From NCBI GenBank assembly GCA_044892525.1, contig CM097885.1, positions 45,076,001 through 45,136,000 of the forward strand: 60,000 nucleotides of DNA, read 5' to 3'. This DNA is from Schmidtea polychroa (Eukaryota). Made by a program: the position numbers and the translations under genes. Positions 57,510 through 60,000 of this stretch are shown in pieces. Numbering within the stretch: position 1 is the stretch's first letter; the number at the start of each line of letters is the position of its first letter. The notes below the pieces were generated by a model. The model was not told the DNA's origin, made no database searches, and saw only the letters and a program-made list of their open reading frames with translations.

Positions 57510-57674
57510 TTAATTATTGTCAACGTTCCGATTTCGATAAACAGATAAACAATTATAATTACAAAGAATTCCAGAACAATTCAAAACATTTTCCAGTTTA
57601 AACAAAACTCTAAAAAAGTCTCTAAATCAAATCAAAACAATCTAATTAAAAGATAATCAAAATCATACCTATTG

Positions 57675-57783
57675 CTCGCGTCTGTGTGCGCACATTCATT
57701 TACCATAATTCTGCACACAGACGCGAGAATAATCAACCAACAAACTGCCAGTCAGAGGTGAGTGACATTCCCCCTCTGACTGG
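57675..57783. other. Two GC-rich hairpins (15-bp and 11-bp perfect stems)
   Basis: ctcgcgtctgtgtgc/gcacacagacgcgag and ccagtcagagg/cctctgactgg. Confidence 0.85.
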
Positions 57784-58499
57784 TCGAAACAATATTTGTC
57801 AGGGGTATCGCGAAATTTATTTTAAGTGAATGAAGTGAGGCTATCGAAAAAATAGTAGAACACTGATATAAACAGAAAATGACAAAATTCGGCTTATTAA
57901 TGCCTTTGAGAATGGGGAAAATTACAAAGAATCCATGTACGCCGCTTCTTTCCTAATTGTATTAAAAAAATAAATGTCTTCGGTGATTACTTTATATATT
58001 TATAATTAAAAATATATCTGATTTACATTATATCAAAATAATTCCAATTAATTTCATAAAATTCTTAAAAAGCACCTGAAATTTAATTATCAATATTTTA
58101 TATTATAATTGTTGACTAATATTGCTGACTAATATATAATATTTAAGAACTTGAATAATGATCTCATAAATTTATAAAATCAAAATTCAAGTTTTAAAAG
58201 TTACCTTAATTAAAAAACTTACTTAAAACCCATTTAAAAAAATGAATAAATCAAGTTATAACCTTCATTTTCAGGTAAATTGTGAGTCACTTCAAATGGT
58301 ATACACACAAACGTGTATTATAGAGGTGACTATATTTTAGAATTAGTTAATTTTGAGAATAATAGCAGATGGTGTCATGCAAAATTCGAAGTAGCCGTTG
58401 ATTGGAAAAGTATAAGTAGTAAAGCATTTCTGAAACGATCCTTAACAAAATTCAGTACCAATTTGCTAACCAGAATTGCCTCAAATAAAACAAGGTACT

Positions 58500-58800
58500 A
58501 ACTGTTAAGTTAAATACCATTATTTAAAATTATTTGAAATAAATTGAAATCCCATCCACAATTATCAACTGTATCAATTGATTTATCTGTTTGGAAATAA
58601 ATTCTTAGAGGGTATCTAGTAGGTAACGTTAGAACAAACTGGCTCAAATCAATCGCGCAAATTTTGGGAATCTCCCTTCTTGTTCCTTTCACCTTAGATC
58701 AGCACCGTGATAAACCAGTAGACCCAGGGTTTGACATATTCATCTGAGGACGATTCATATAACCGACTTTTATATTGAAACGCGGCATTCTGGGTGTAAC
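58500..58800 (-). mobile_element. Possible piggyBac transposase remnant
   Basis: KGTRREIPK and YFQTDKSIDTVDN resemble R.NKREIP and YN.TKGGVDTVDQ. Confidence 0.4.
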
Positions 58801-60000
58801 AAAACAAATTTACTGTAATTGTTGTAGATAATAATATATATTTATCTATACACATATCTTAGTTTTTATTTAACTCATTATTTATTTATATTACGTATTC
58901 GCTAGAAAGTTTATCTTCGGAGTCAGATAAAACAGTTTTCTGTGTTAGAATATATTAGTCCAGTAGATCAATCCTAACAGTATTACAAGTATTATTATTC
59001 ATATTATTCTTAAAACTACGAAAGTTAAGTTTAATATTAATGTTATTTTTATTAATAAAATTATCGTTAGTACCCCTTTTTATTTAGTTAATATCATCGT
59101 TAACTTAACGTAATCATCATCCTTCTTAGGGTTTCCATTATTTGTACTTTTTTGTTAGCATTATTAAGTTTTATCAACACATTTCTTATAAAAGCACTAC
59201 TTCCAGGACTATTGTAGTTCAATTAAAACCAATTGACCTAATAATAGTAATTTTTCATTAATCTTAACATTATTAATACTACGGCTAATACGAATATTTT
59301 TGCAACATAAATAAATTAAAAGCACTGATCATCATCACTGGGCTTGGTTGTTCCATTCACAAAATGCCATTTTACTTCTTCATCCACGAGATAGAATCAT
59401 GAATAAGAATTAATATGAATTATCATATCAGTCGGTATTTTAAGCATATCCTTTTCTTTTCTACAAGACATGACACAAAAAAATAATAAACTGAAACCTT
59501 GCTTTTCTTATTTGAATAAATATAAATTTATCCGGATTCAGTAGGATAGGATTCGTCTATTGGAGGCCTAAACCGACAGATTGGGGGGGGGGGGCTTGGT
59601 TCACAGATGAAGGAGAGTACACAGAAAGACCCGAGGTTAGAAAATTGTAGAGACAACCTCATAGAAAAGAGTCGTGCTCAACATGCAGTGATACAGGAGC
59701 AGGTGCACACAAAGAAAACACTGTATTCACAATTTACCATCTGCTGAATAGTCCAACCTCATTCCGGCCCACTATCTGGCTGACACGGAGCCGACTAGGT
59801 GTAGTGACTCGTTCGTTGGGTATCTACAATTTTATATCTCTCCCATCGCAGTGTCCCATACTCCACCTACTAGCATAAAACCTTCTCAGCCTGTAATCAA
59901 CTTGTGTACCACCAGTTATAGCCCAAATCCGTCGATAAAACAACCGAAACGAATACAGATGAAGGGGACGGTTAGAAACTCCAAACAACGGGCAAAGAAA

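Larger units (their letters stand above)
54400..57865 (+). mobile_element. Buster/Charlie-type hAT transposon carrying host-gene cargo
   Basis: TIR cagtgttct at both ends; flanking 8-mers taataaac/atataaac (6/8, central TA); subterminal gggtgtcgcg motifs; both flanks are adjoining halves of one interspersed repeat. Confidence 0.88.

Noticed and set aside
59600..60000. Possible hAT transposase remnant on the minus strand
   Set aside because: Only faint resemblance (DTAMG.DI, VGSVS) across broken frames; insufficient support.

Overview
AT-rich, intron-containing eukaryotic DNA, most likely from an invertebrate animal, dense in transposon remnants and microsatellites. The left 24 kb carries one clear host gene on the minus strand: a divergent Mind bomb (MIB2-like) E3 ligase (MIB/HERC2, ZZ, MIB/HERC2, two mib repeats, ankyrins, RING). 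It has both very short introns (32-53 nt) and kilobase introns filled with decayed mariner, Maverick/Polinton polB, Penelope, hAT and MITE sequences. The middle (27-44 kb) is mostly decayed pogo/Tigger and LTR retroelement sequence. The standout is a 3.47-kb Buster-type hAT transposon (54400-57865; TIRs, near-perfect 8-bp nnnTAnnn TSD). Besides its decayed transposase it carries, on the opposite strand, one intronless 284-codon reading frame built from fragments of three unrelated housekeeping genes fused in frame: Rab1, proteasome alpha-6 and MsrB. Two GC-rich hairpins lie upstream of it. All family assignments come from my own motif recognition; no database searches were run.
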